Below the pieces are notes generated by a model. The model was not told the DNA's origin and searched no databases. It was given only the letters and a program-made list of their open reading frames with translations. A stretch of DNA of 64,000 bases from Perna viridis (Eukaryota): NCBI GenBank assembly GCA_037379345.1, contig CM074518.1:44791586-44855585 (forward strand). The letters run 5' to 3'. Of the stretch, positions 12,116 to 27,100 are shown piece after piece; position 1 is the stretch's first letter, and the number at the start of each line of letters is the position of its first letter. A program made the position numbers and the translations under genes.

Positions 12116-15100
12116 CTAAAATATAAAAATATGGCAGCTATTAAAGTGATCTATTCACTAAATTGTGATATGTATATACTCTGTATTTTTTAAATTTTAC
12201 CTCAAATGTACTCTTAATAGAGTCAAACAATGACATCTTCTTTTGTTTTTCAAGTTAGAATAACTTGTTATAAGGTTTTAGTCTATAAGCTTTAAAAATG
12301 TACAAGTGTGTTCCACATTCACTTTACTCATTAATTTGTTCCAATACCATCATGAGGTTCTCACAAGCTAATATAGTATGCTATATAATGACAGGAACCA
12401 CATCTTTCCAATATAAACAAATATGAATTGTTTATAAAATTTACAAATTGTCTGTTATGTAAATATAATGTAAATATAATCTTACGTTGTGGAGTTTTTT
12501 TAGTTGTTTGTGACAATGTAGTTGGTGTTGTTGTTGGCCTTGCTGTTGTTGTTGCTCTTGTTGTCTGTCTTGTTGTAGAAGGAGACCGTGTCTGTCCACC
12601 TCTTGTTGTTGTACTACTTGTTGTGGAATCTACAGATAAAATAACACAAAGGTAACATACATGTCAACTGTAGTCAAGTTTCCAGTTGTTAAACATATAA
12701 CAAATAATAATAAAAAAAAAACGAATATTACAGATGTTTTTTTATGTAATTGTGCAGAAGTAGTGTACACATACTCAACCTAAATTGTAATGAGCAATAG
12801 TGGTGAAAGTCTCCCTGAACAATAGTGGTGAAGGTCTCCATGAACAATAGTGGTGAAAGTCTCCCTGAACAATACGTTGTGTAATTTTTGAAGACTAATT
12901 CTTTCTGAATTATAGTGTGTATTAGTGAAGGCTTCTCATCCCTGAATAGTAGTGTGCATTAGTGGTGAAGGCTTCTTCTCCCTGGATCATAGTGTTTGTT
13001 ATTGGTGAAGGCTTCTTCTCCCTGATTAAAGTGTGAACCAGTGGTGAAAGTCCCTGAATTATATTGTGCATTAGTGGTGAAGGCTTATTCTCAATGATTT
13101 ATAAGGTGTGTTACTGGTGAAGGCTTATTCTTACTGAATTATAGTGTGCACTACTGATGAAGGCTTATTCTTCCTGGATTATAGTGTTTGTTATTGGTGA
13201 AAGCTTATTCTTCCTGAATCAAAATGTACAATAGTGGTAATGGAAGGGCTATACATTTATTTTTGTAACAAAATTACCGAACTGATAAAATTATTTCTCC
13301 CATCTTAAAATGTTTATCAGCCACATACTTTATGTATCAGTCACATTGATCAATAGAATATAGATAGTGTGACATCTTTCTATATAAATCATCATTGCTT
13401 AGGAGGTAACATGAGATTGCTGGAAAATATTTAAGTTTAAGCTGGCACAGTGAGAGAGAAAGATCGTCATGGACATTGGTATTCAATTTCTTTACTTTGG
13501 AAGACTACAGTACTACTGTGAAAAATTTTTTTTGTGGGTAGGCCAAACCATGAAATTCGGTTCCCAACGAAAAGGAGATTTCCGTAGATGTGTATACTGA
13601 AAACCTGAAAACCATGAATTTAAGAATCCAGGAAATTGTGTTCCTTCCCTTATCCACGAAAATTGGTATCCACAAAATAAAGTACTTTCACAGTACAACT
13701 TATATTCCCTTATAGCAGTATGACAAGATATTTTCAATCAATACAGTCCTTGAACAGATCCACGCGACGGTTGGACAGATTAATGACCGCTGACTGATTG
13801 ATCGCTGATGGATCGACAACCGATGACTGATCTGATCGCAGTTTTGTCATGTAAAATGATGAATAATCTGTTAAAAATAGAACTTATGTAAATTAAAAGG
13901 ACAAAATTATATCTAAATCTACTGCATTAAGTAAATATGTGTGAAATTGACAAAGAAGACAATGGAAACGGTAATTATATTGACTGCTCTATGGTCACAT
14001 GATGCAATCACCGGTTTAACCGATCGGTTTGACAGATCTATCATGACTGATTGGAAACTAATCGATGATCGATAACTGATCACAATTTTTGTTGCACGGA
14101 TCGGTTCAAGTATTGTAAGACTAGAGAGTCACATAATTGTAATAATAGGGTACTGAAGCAAAAATGTCAGTAATATGTTAAAATATACAAACTTAAAAGA
14201 CTTATTTAAAATTAGTGCATTGTACACAACAAAGAGTGAAATTAACTCCTAAAATCTATCTTCACATTCATGCTATTTGTTAAAACACATATTCTACTGG
14301 AAATTAACCAAAACCAGGAACCAGTAAAGTATATACAAAAACCAAACATGCAAAAAAACTGGTAGTACATGGACAATTTTTTTTCCCTTCATAACGTTAT
14401 CATGAGGGAACTTCTGTGTTCATATTACACATCTTATAATTGGTTTTACATAAAACTTATGCTTAGAGGTTAGGTCTGTTAAAACCTCATTATAACAATT
14501 CACCTTATTTCATATAAAACTGTTGGAAGTTGTGAATGTTTATTAAGTTTGAATTTCAAGTGTTTAAAACTAAAAACTAAACTCAAACGTATGAACCAAT
14601 ACAGCGATACAAATCAATCCTAAAATTAGTTATAAAATTACTGCAGGATTATAATCAGGGGAAGTCAATCTAGATCATGCATTTTTAATCTGTACTAAAT
14701 AGAAAAAAAGAATGTTCCCATGCTACAAAGTGCATAGATAATACTTTCTTGTCACAAATCAACTCAAAACAATAAAAGCTTCTGAATTAAGAAACCAAAA
14801 GGGTCATCAGACAAAAGTAATCTGTTAAAAATGGAACAATATAATTGAATAAACCAGTCTCTAACATGCAGCAGGGGTATACTCACAGCAACTACACGGT
14901 TTTCCTATTGTCAAATTATGGAAATGTTTTTATTTTGTATCAATAATTCGACATGATCAAAGAGAGATAACTCAATATTGATATACTAAACAACATACCT
15001 AAAATATGTTTCCTTAAATTTCTTCATCTCACGAATTTAAAATCTGCTTTTGATAATGTAATTTCTAGATAATCCTTAGTTATCATCTTCATATTACATT

Positions 15101-18100
15101 AGGTGTCAAATACAGTTGTCCTGTATTTTCTGTATACATGTATATCACTGTTTTACTTACATAATAAGTCAATGTTTTGAAACTTCTGAATAATAGTTTT
15201 TTTTTTCTTTTATAAAAACTATTATTATAATAGACTTTGGAATACTGAAAATGTTTAGATAAGCCTCACATTTTTGTCCACTACTCATATACTCAGACAA
15301 TACTCTCCTTCAACATAATGAATATATAAGTATTTGAAGTTTGAGTTTGGTATGTTATAAGACATGTCAAAATTCTGTACATCTAATATGAACAATATAA
15401 TTGTCTATGTTGAGTTTTGTTTTCCAGACCTTTGAATTTCTAAGTTTCACCCATACCTGATGAAGTGCTATTAGTTGTGCAACATATATCTATTCTCAAT
15501 CTCATATTTTTCTTATAACAGGCACTAAATTCCTTGTACTGATTTGACAAGCCTCCTGGTCCCCCTGTTGATGTTGCTAAATATAGAATTTACAAAATAT
15601 TTAAATAATTATCACAAAAATAATATATATTTAGGTATAGAAGTTCATTATGTTTTTATAAAACAAAGATATTTTGTTATAAACATAAAAACTGATCCCT
15701 ATAATATACCGGTAATAAAATTAAGTTTATACACACATGAAAAAAAAAATTAAAAAGATCTCAACCCATGTATTTGGTTGTTAAAATAAACGAATACATG
15801 GTGTTTATACATTTCCTAAAGTAAGAGCCTATGATCTTTAGTTTCCCCGTATTAGTTATTATACTTACTCATCATATAATATGATTCCCCACTGGAGAAA
15901 TCTGGCTGGTTAGGTATTCCATTGAATGGATCCATCCATATTGTAAAAAATATATCACTTTGGCTTGGATTAGAACAGTTTATAATCATTAACGATTTGT
16001 TGGGTTCAAACAATGTACATTGCTCATACTCTTCTTTGCTCACCTTGAAAATAAGATAAAGATATCAGTCACATAATAGTTTCTGAGAAATTATTTTACA
16101 GAACTCATTTGATTCAGAGGCAAATTTCAATATGTGAAATCTTATGCAGAAATAAAAATACAGTAGGTGGCCTAACATACATGATGTAAACAATTTTAAA
16201 AACTATTATTTTCTATGAACAGTTAATTTCACTATCAATAGATTCCTGTTATTTGTTGTATCTGCTACATCTTTATGGGATTATTTCTACTATATTCCAA
16301 CCATGCTTCATTTCTAAATTTCTCTATTTTTCAAAAATAAAATTAAAGTCAATATAAAAGGACGACTGAACATAAACTTCTGCAGACAAACACATGAGAT
16401 CACGTTTACCAATACGTTCAAAACATTATCCCGTAGTGCATAACAATGAGTGACATATGACGATATATCTCTCATTCAGGAAATCAGATTTTCCGTCGGC
16501 AAAATCTCACGAGATATCCTCTGTGAGAAGTTGGACATTATTTTACCAGAAAATAATTTTATTACACAAAAGTTTCATGGATTCTGTCATTTTGATTAGC
16601 ATGAAGGTTACAGAACCTTCCCTTAACATTACATGTAACACTTTCCACTGTAACAAATTTTATTTTTTCTGCACAGAATTATCTTTTCTGCTTGTTATAC
16701 ACTGACACAGACTGTCAAAATTTGTTAGAAAATTCTTATTGTTTGAGTCAAAAATACCAAATTTCATCTTTTAAATGTGTCCAGGAAAAACTGTTTGCTC
16801 AGTTCCATGATTTGGTTTTAAGGCATATTTCTGTTTATTGTTTTACGATTTTAGTTCATATCTCATTTTAGTGTGCTAAATTTCTGTTTGTTGTTTCTGT
16901 CTTGTTATGCTTTCGTTCAGTGATTTCTGAATTTTTAAGTTTGATTGAAGCCCCTTGCTTTTATTCCAATAGCAGTAACCTTTGATTTTCATTCCTATCA
17001 TCTTTGGTATAAAAATCTCAATCTTGAATTTTCATCATTTTCTAAATAAAAAGTAAATATACTGCTTTGCAGGGTGCAGCAGAATATGACAGAAGCTGTC
17101 ACCCTTCAAGCTTGATATAGCTATGCATTTTAAGAAGAATTTGACCAGAATTGCAGTGACCTCTTTTTTGGGCCCTTAGTCCACAGTATGAACAGCCCTC
17201 AAAATCGATCCCAGCAATCCTTTGGGGGTATGGCACTTAGTAACAATTTCTAAGAGATTCTAAATTCACTCAAGTTATTATCTGTATATATCAGGAAAAT
17301 GATTATGTAAAGGTTTCTGCACCCTTTTTGGTCCCTCATTCAGTAACAGTGCAAGTCATAACATCCAAAAACAATCTCAGCAATCATTTGAGGTATGGCA
17401 ACTTGTACTACAATTTCAACAGGTCCATTCACAAGTTATTGTCCAAATATCATGAAAAAATGCTTGTTTTTGGTCCCCAATTCCTAAACAGTTAAATTCC
17501 CAACCCCAAAAATCAATTCCTGATACATGTGTACAGCACATCAAAATGTGCAATATATACATGTATGATTGGTATGTTGTATTTCCTAGCTTTCTGTTAT
17601 GGTAATAATTCACCTAGTGAAACAATTTCAAAGAGATCCATTCACATTTACTCAAGTAATTGTCCAGACCAGATTTATGAAAATGCTTGTTTTAGGCCAC
17701 TTTTTTGCCCTAATTTCTGGAACAGTTCAAGTCACAACCCCCAAAATCAACTCCAGTCTTCCTTGCGATTTAATTTCATATAGATCTATACACTCATACT
17801 CAGATAATGGACAGCATGATACTGTTATACAACCACCAACCACAATGTTTTTGTGGTCATATTAAAAGGGGGATCTATAAATCAAGTTTTTTTTTCCACA
17901 ATATTAGTACTTACTAAATATATAACATAGTACTCCCAAGCAGACTTATTAGAGGAGGGATGGTAGAATGGACAAAACACATCAATACTGTCAAATAAAT
18001 TCACTGTAATCTTGTTTTCTGTGGATGTGGAAAATCTGCAAGAAAAAGGAAATCATCTTTATATCCGAAAACGTAAATAGCAGAACTACATTTATAAAAA

Positions 18101-21100
18101 AACAACAGATATTTGTGTCAAGCTTCAATTAATATCAGATTCAGTATTAGAGCAGTTTATAAGAATTGTAATTCATTCTGTGTCTTTATCCTATCTTTTT
18201 AATTAACAGCTTCTCCAAGCTAATTTCCCAAACCAATTCTCACTAAACTATGTAAATTTCCAGGGAAAGGCAATAAATCATATTTGGACATTTTGGACGG
18301 TTGGTCATTAAAAGCTATTTGGTGATTGTAAAATCTTATTTTTCCATGGCAAAGTTCTTGTGCAATCAGCCTGGTAACAAAGAGAAGAAGACCATGTTTG
18401 CACAATTCTAGAAATAAGTTTCCTTATTAATTAATCTCCAATCTAAATTCAATCCATCAAAACCTCGCATTGTTGTAATTCCATTTGACCTAGGTTTACA
18501 GCAATTATCTAATTTATTCTGAGAAATTTTTGGTGAAAATTAGCTTGTCATTTAAACAAAAATGAAAGGGGACTTGAATTCATGATAAAATTCAACATGA
18601 TCAATTTTCTTATGAAGAGGGTTCTTACCATTTACTGTGTTTAATCTATCAAAACTTCAAATCTGGAACTTAAGATCACTTCAACTGAAAATGACTTTGT
18701 CATCCTTAAACAAAAGAGTTCATCAGAATTGGGTCTTTAGTATTCATAACCTCATTCCAACAGAACTCTAATTGCTACAAATTACTTTCTCCCATCAAGA
18801 AGCATCTCACTAAAATGACATTATGACATCTTGAATGACAGGGTCATCCAAGAAAATGGAATCAAAGGCTTCCTCTTGAGGAAACAAAAACAAAGACTTT
18901 CTTTCAGAATTACTGTCAAACATAAACAGTAAGTGACAATTCAATATTTACAAAGCAGTTGTTAAGCTTTCTGATTTAGTCAATCAAACTGACATGTTCA
19001 AGGTTTTAATTGACAATGGGTGGTTCTGCAACAAGAAAACAGTATACATTAATATCCAAGTAAACAGAATGATTTGTATATAAATAAAACCTTAGACAAA
19101 ATCCTTTTTGGACCCCAATATATGCAAATAATTTTTTAAAAACCTGTTTTATCCCAAGCAGCCATCAAAACCATTTAAAACATAAATATCTAAGAGAAAA
19201 ATAAATTCAGTTTTACATTATGAATATCTGAATGGGTGACCTTAATAAGATATAAACTTATACAAAAGAGACTAGGGTTTAATACAACATTATATGACAT
19301 TGATTTCACCCTATAAGATAAACATCACTAAAAGCCCATGATAATTATAATGTCCTTATGTTTGCAAAAAGTTCTCCCATAAAAATTCCCACCAAAACTA
19401 TGATTTTAATCTCAATTTTATGTATGACTGACATTTAACTAAAATTGTATTAAACTACTGTTGACCTCTGTCAAAACCATTTTAACAACCATCACTTAAT
19501 GAAAGCTACTTTAAAAATATTGTAAAAATAATAATTCATCAGATCATATTTTATTTAAAATTCAACATTGCAAGTCCAATCTGTTATAAAAACATCTATG
19601 ATTTAGAGCAATGCTTCTTAAGTTTCAACACAAATATCTTTTTGTACTTAGAGAAATCATTCACTATCTTCACTTCCTGTAGAAAATGTAATCCTATACA
19701 GAGTTATCTCCCATCACACACCCTGTGTGATGATCCTAGTCAGATACCTTTACAACTGGTTTTACCTCTCAAGTTACTTATTATATGAAGCAAAACAACA
19801 TCAGCAATGAAGAATCTTATGTCATTATAAATGAATGGAAAACTTAACTTACTTTATAATTTTTTTAATTAAAAAAAGCAAAAAATTTGATATGTATGTA
19901 CAAGCATCAAATTAACACGGTTTCTCAATAAACTCAAAATTGAACATTAAAATTGATTAGTCTAGAAATCTTAATCTCATAATTTCCAAAAAACAACATT
20001 GCTTCCTTGAATGACAACCTAATCGACTGGTTGCACAGTTCAGAATTGATGAGTCTACAAACTATCAGTCAAACTCTAATCAATCAATCAATCTGTCTTT
20101 ACTCAATGTTCCGTGTGACATAATCCTTCTCAACTGAGCTGACCTGTACCATGTTTACTTATCTCAGAACAAATACATGCCATCCATCAAATAAGATTGG
20201 TCCAAATCAATCACACCGCTTTCGTTTTTAGTAAAATAGGAGAAAACAATGGTGAGTCTGATGGGCTAACACAACAATCAATGAAACGTTTTTATTTTGA
20301 TGATTTAATGCTTGAGAAGAAATATTTCATCCTGTCTCACATTAATCAACTATTGTCTGAGGTTTTACATGTACTAACATAGACATGTGAAGTTTTCGAA
20401 ACTGAACAAGTCAGACTGACACTCTGTGATATGATCTCTGCTTGATTGTGAAAGAAAAGACAGTATAAGACACCATACATCAGATAGATATAATAAAGAA
20501 AGCAGAGCTACATGTATACAAGGGGATATAACATGTGAACAACTGTTTTGACCTTGGATAGACCAAGATTGGTTTAGTCAGTAAAACCCCCAAACTTTTC
20601 ACCTATTGAGGTATGACCACATTATAATAAGATTAAATCATGGTTATACTGTAAGTTACTCAAAAAGTATCTCAAGTTCATCTATAATACCATATAACAA
20701 AGAAGAATCAAAGAGACAACAACCAAGCAAGTAATAAAACAGGCAGACACACCCAGAGTCTATGGTGAGAAATATCCCACACCCAGAGTCTGCCTTTGAC
20801 TTTCACATGAAATGACAGAAAATGGGCATCACACTGTACTTTTAACAAAAAGCACAAATTCAAAATAACACAAGTAGCATTTCTGACTTGAGACAGGCAG
20901 ATTTAACTTTCCTTTAGCAAAGGTAGATGACAAATTACACAAAAAAATTATTATTTTGACTATTTTGTATGTGACACTGTGACTGATGACCCCTTTAATG
21001 GCTAAGGAAGAAACCTAACCTTATGTATCAAGTTTCAACAATGCAAGCATTTCATTTTAACTCTAAATGAACCACTGAGGTATAAATCCATTGCTAAAGG

Positions 21101-24100
21101 CAGGCTACAGCCTTAAAAATCACTGTCACAATATAAGATATCAACGGACAGGAATCGGTATCAGAATCAATTTAAAAGCAACAAAACAAATACATTTATG
21201 GCGATGCGGAAATCAGTATATGCTCGTTATTTGACCCTTAAACAGTTATTTACAAATAATGAATCCAAATTCTATATTGCTGTTTATTAAATCTGCCTAA
21301 AGCCATAGAAGATTTCCTCTGGCTCCTAATATCCACAGCCAATTTGTAAGGTGAACAATCATTAAACCTCTCAGCCTTTATATTGATCCAACTTTATTGC
21401 TTTTTGTAGCTCTTTCCTAATCGCCAATTTCAGCCCTCATTTGTATGGATAAGACACAAAAAGCAGGCAAAGCTGGTAGATCCTTAAAAAAATCCTTGCT
21501 TATTCATTAACTCTGATTTCATAAGGATGAGTTGATGAAAACTACAAAAAGATGTCAATACAGAAAAAAGATAACATTTGCCTGCCTTTGATATTTCTCT
21601 ATAAAATACTATTATCTAGTTGATAGAATTGATTTTCATTGTAATTTTATATTTATTATTCAGTCATCTGTAAATCTTTATTCGATTTTTTTAAGCAAAC
21701 AATAAAGCATTTAATATTGAATCTACAGATGCTTACTGTTCCTGTAATAAAATAAAATGGGTTCATTAAGCTACTTCAATTCAGGTTAATAAAAACACAG
21801 TTGCAATGTTAAGTTTAGACTTATGGGCTTCATAATAAAGATGGTGCAAGTACCTGCATAACCATTTCTTTTAGTATAAAACATCTTTTTTCTCTTAAAA
21901 ATGATTACCATGAATATATTCACTTAATCTAACAAATTAATGCATGACAGCTTAAGTCCTATGATCTTTATAAAGGAGAAAGGTTTATAAACCCAACAAT
22001 CTTCTAAATAATTCAAAAACCCTCTAACAGTAGGCTTAATCCTTGAAGACAATTTAAAACTGACCAAAGTGAAGTTCATTATTTACAGATAAAATAACAC
22101 TTTCCAACTCAACTGTTCATCTATAAAGACCAAATAAATCTCCTCTTCTTTAGAAGAGTTGACCATGTTTGAATGGTTTCCCTGTATTCAACTGTATCAT
22201 GCTGTTAAACTCTCAGTGTGAACTGGTCTTTGAACTGAGAAACATCTGCCAGACATTTATACATTCAAAAGGTATTTTTCCCCACCTGATCTAGTCTGGT
22301 AATCAACTACATGTAATACATTTCTGTTATTACAATGGTCTAGCAGTCAATTACACGTAATACATTACTGTGATTACTTTGATCTGATAATCAACTACAT
22401 GTAATACATTACTGTAGTTGCATTGGTCCAGTAATCAACTACATGTAATACATTTCTGAGATTACATTGATCAGGTAATCAACTACATGTAATACATTAC
22501 TGTGATTAAACTGGTCAGATAATCATCTACATGCAATATATTACTGTGGTTACATTGATCAGGTAATCATCTACATTAATACATTACTGTGGTTACACTG
22601 ATCAGGTAATCATCTACATGTACATGCAATACATTATTGTGGTTACACTAATCAGGTAATCATCTACATGTACATGTAATACATTACTGTGATTACATTG
22701 GTTTGGTGCTTAACTATATGTAAGACTACCTAGTGTATAAAAGTTATTATTTTTTTTATTTTTTAAAGCAACTTCACTTCTAATTCTAGCAAAGAAACAA
22801 TAACTGAGACAAGTACCTGTTACAGTGCATTATAATGAAGGTACTAAGACATATTTCATTAACTGTTAAGTCCGATTTTAACCAACATACATGTATCCAT
22901 CCCATCAAACACCAAAACAAAAAATACAACATAATAATAAAGCAAATCTTTAAAAAATAAAAATTTTAAACCAACAGGCTCTTAATAGTGAAGAATTCCT
23001 AAGTACATCACAGTACATGTTATCTCATTTTACCATTCAAATATAGCTTGAATCAGAGTAGTGCTGAGGCCTGAAATGACTTTCATAACTTTAATCCAGT
23101 CTTCCAATTGATTTATAACTTAAAGTAGGCCAAACGTTTCATCTCTTACAACAGTCCTTTATTAGGATTTAACACTTCTCCTTTCAACAAAATGACCAGC
23201 CCTTTTTGATTTGTTAGCAAATGATAAAATCCACATTTATTACTTTATAGGTGTAAGCATTCCACACATGTTGTATCACCCAAAAGTTTCACCTAAAAAC
23301 CACATAAAAATTAATTTTGTTACATTAATATAAGTATGTCAAACTTTGGGTAAGATAGAAATACATTTTATTTACATAACTGGTCATTGCAATATCACAT
23401 TGGAAAAATTTTCTAACTGTACACATTGCATTTCATACATGTCATTTACTTGTGGACAACTACTGGGTGATGAAGAGAATACTATGAATTATGAATTCCA
23501 ATTGTTTTATTTGAAGAAAACACACTGATTTACAGATACTCATGAAATTTTACACCTTTGTTTAAATTAAACAACTTTCAAATTTTAATTCTTTCCATGT
23601 TCATTTTATCAGATTTATAGAGTTTATATCAGTGATATAAGAAAATGTCCACTAACAAACCAAAGAATACAAATACAGATATTAAAGTTTTAATCTTTGT
23701 CACTCATATAAATAACTGTAATTTCATATGATGTGAAGATAGAATAAAGATGAAAGCAAACGAACACCTGTCTAATTCACTATCAATATATCATTTATTT
23801 ATATAGGGAATCAAATAGAATATGTGAATTCTAATATTTATATTCATTTAAAATTACTAATCAGCTTAAATAGTTAAAATTCTTTGATTGCATATAATGG
23901 CAGAGAGCTACGAGACAAGTGTACCAGTGTGGGAAGAAAGCTCTGAGACCAGTGTAAGAAGAAAGATGGTGTGGGAAGAAAGCTCTGAGACCAGTGTAAG
24001 AAGAAAGCTGGTATGGAAAGAAAGCTCTGAGATTAGTGTAAGAAGAAAGCTGGTATGTGACGAAAGCTCTGAGACCAGTGTAAGAAGATAGCTGGTATGG

Positions 24101-27100
24101 GAAGAAAGCTCTGAGACCAGTGTAAGAAGAAAGCTGGAAAATTCTTCACATTTACCACTTTATTTGTTACAGCTTTCACAACCAATTACTGTCTTGTTTG
24201 ACAACATGGAATCTTAAAAAATCTAATTTTAGAAGAATTTTCACCATTGATGCTTTTTTTTAATTTATTCCTCAATAAGTTAAATGCTACAATAAGACAC
24301 CATTATAAAGCACCTTTGATGATAGTGTCATGCTGGGATTAGTTCTAATCTGCTAAAATCAATCCAGCACAACACAAAATATATATATATATCTCCCAGA
24401 AAGGAAATTTGATATAGTTTATAATCACCATGGAAACAAATCCTACAGACAAAACCTTGGATTTCTTATGATCCCTTTGAATCAATTTTTCAAATAAAAA
24501 AATGGTTTTCAAAACTCTACTTCAATGATCATAAACATAGATCATTGTACCCAAGTTTCCTAGTCATTTCTTGAACAATATGTAATTACTCTTGTTAGAA
24601 GTTGTTATCAAACATTGATAAAATTGTTCAAGTACAAATGAAGCAATTCCTCAAAACAAATTAGACACCACTTTCTAGAATCACAATCCTCAATCATCTT
24701 TTTCTTCAAATAAGAATTGTTCACTCAATTTCTTGCAATACAGCAAATTACTCTAAAAATAAAGGACTTCATTTAATGAATATGCATTGGTTTTTTTGTT
24801 TTTTTTTGCTTCAAAAAGTTTGCAGAACCCCAGAAAACACATAAATTTACATTTTCTTTCTAAGTAATACAGCACCAAATGTTTCAAATATGCACTGCAA
24901 TTTAAGCAACATAACATTAAAAGCGCTCAGCAGAAGAATCCAAAATTCGATCATATGCTCATTAAATTCTTGGCAGAGTTTGGATTCTGATTATGCAATT
25001 GCAGTGTGACTTTATGATCATAAAATCATAGAAGATGAAAATTAAAATGACAAGAGAAGCTCTAAAACTTTGATGGTTCATCATAAATCTTCCCATCAAG
25101 GTATCTAAGTTGTGATCATCACATTCAGACAGAGAGTATATGTGTATTTATAATCCAATATATTACTCCCAGTTGTATAAAGTACATGTAGGCTTCAAGT
25201 GATTTCTAAAATCATATATGATTAAATACAACCACATTTTGACCAAAAAGTCCATTATATATCAGAAAACTTAACATTAAACTTTGACAATGAATTTTCT
25301 AAGTCAACAGACCATGACTGCGGCAGTATGTGCGTAAAATTGGCATGAATTTGTGATGCAATGATGGTAAAGCATCTGTACACCAAATATCATTGACCTA
25401 GCATAAGGGGTTCATATAGAAATGAACTTATCACTGTGACTGGTCTATTAAGACATCAAAAAAGAACTAAATACCCCCCAAGTTGAAACACATAATAAAC
25501 TGGAAGTCCCCAAATTCCTAATTAAGGACATACACACAAATGGCTGGTGGTCAAACTCCCAAGTGTTTTGGAGAACAATTGAATCTGACAGTATTTATAT
25601 TCCATGGTAATGGCTTCATCAATGTCTTTGATCTAATGGGTTCCTAAATGACATTAGATACTGTTATCACTGGGAACTGAAACAACCAAGATGCTCCAAG
25701 TCTTAAAGGCATCATCAAAAACGTTGGAATACATTAATAAAATGGAGAAAAAGGGGAATTTGTTTACCTGAAGTCAATTAAGATGATGTTAATTTGGCCA
25801 AATCTAAGAATAAGAAACGATGAATAATAAAAATTCAAATTAAAATGGAAACCAATACAAGTATCCTGAACATGGAATTGTTACAATATCAATATGCCAG
25901 TCATTGATTCCATACTATAAACCTGCACCACATACTATGAACTGCCATTGGTCAGTAATTGATGGAACACTGATGGTCTTACTATGTCAAACTTATTATC
26001 TGTCATTCTGTTTGCTAATAGATATCTATATTCTACATATTAACGGCCCTTTACTGTGAGATTATAGTATGTGACAATGACGAGACAGTAGAACATCTCT
26101 TCAATCAAGGATAGAAGTACTGCAGAATCAATGTATGGGCTTATTTTTTCTTATGTGTTTTCAACACATTGAAGACTACCTAAATATAAACCCATAGAAA
26201 GTGACTGGTTGGTACTGCAGCCTGAAATATAAATCCATAGAAAGTGACTGGTTGGTACTGCAGCTTGAAATATAAATCCACAGAAAGTGACTGGTTGGCA
26301 CTGCAGCCTGAAATATAAACCCATAGAAAGTGACTGGTTGGCACTGCAGCCTGAAATATAAATCCACAGAAAGTGACTGGTTGGCACTGCAGCCTGAAAT
26401 ATAAATCCACAGAAAGTGACTGGTTGGCACTGCAGCCTGAAATATAAACCCACAGAAAGTGACTGGTTGGCACTGCAGCCTGAAATATAAACCCATAGAA
26501 AGTGACTGGTTGGTACTGCAGCCTGAAATATAAACCCACAGAAAGTGACTGGTTGGCACTGCAGCCTGAAATATAAACCCACAGAAAGTGACTGGTTGGT
26601 ACTGCAGCCTGAAATATAAATCCATAGAAAGTGACTGGTTGGCACTGCAGCCTGAAATATAAACCCACAGAAAGTGACTGGTTGGCACTGCAGCCTGAAA
26701 TATAAACCCACAGAAAGTGACTGGTTGGTACTGCAGCCTGAAATATAATTCCATAGAAAGTGACTGGTTGGTACAGTTTACATGATATTTGTTCCAGTAT
26801 TAGCTGGCAATGTTAACCTAAACAGCTCTCATCATACATGTATCTTTTTTGAGGAGTTCATTATAACACTTGTCAACTGATGAAATTTCAAGATATTTCA
26901 CTAATAGTGGAAACTACCAATATTGGAAAAATTTATCATCGACCTTTTATAGGTGTTACTTGTTCTTGCTGAAAATGTCAAGATATTTCACCAGGGTATA
27001 TTGGAAAGAACCTTTACAGGTCATTTATTTTTGTAATGGCAATTAAACTTCTGTGGATGACACAACCCAGCTGATGCCACATCTTAGACAATAACTGGCC

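Noticed and set aside
13145-13187. Hammerhead-like cacta-CTGATGA-agg..cct-GGAT-ta-tagtg in the 40-bp minisatellite
   Set aside because: Only one unit has CTGATGA (the others have (g/t/c)TGGTGA), and the GAAA core and stem III are absent. Probably chance.
26151-26754. Three overlapping long minus-strand ORFs (162-192 aa)
   Set aside because: Artefact of a stop-free 43-bp tandem unit cycling through all three frames. There is no domain and no splice evidence.
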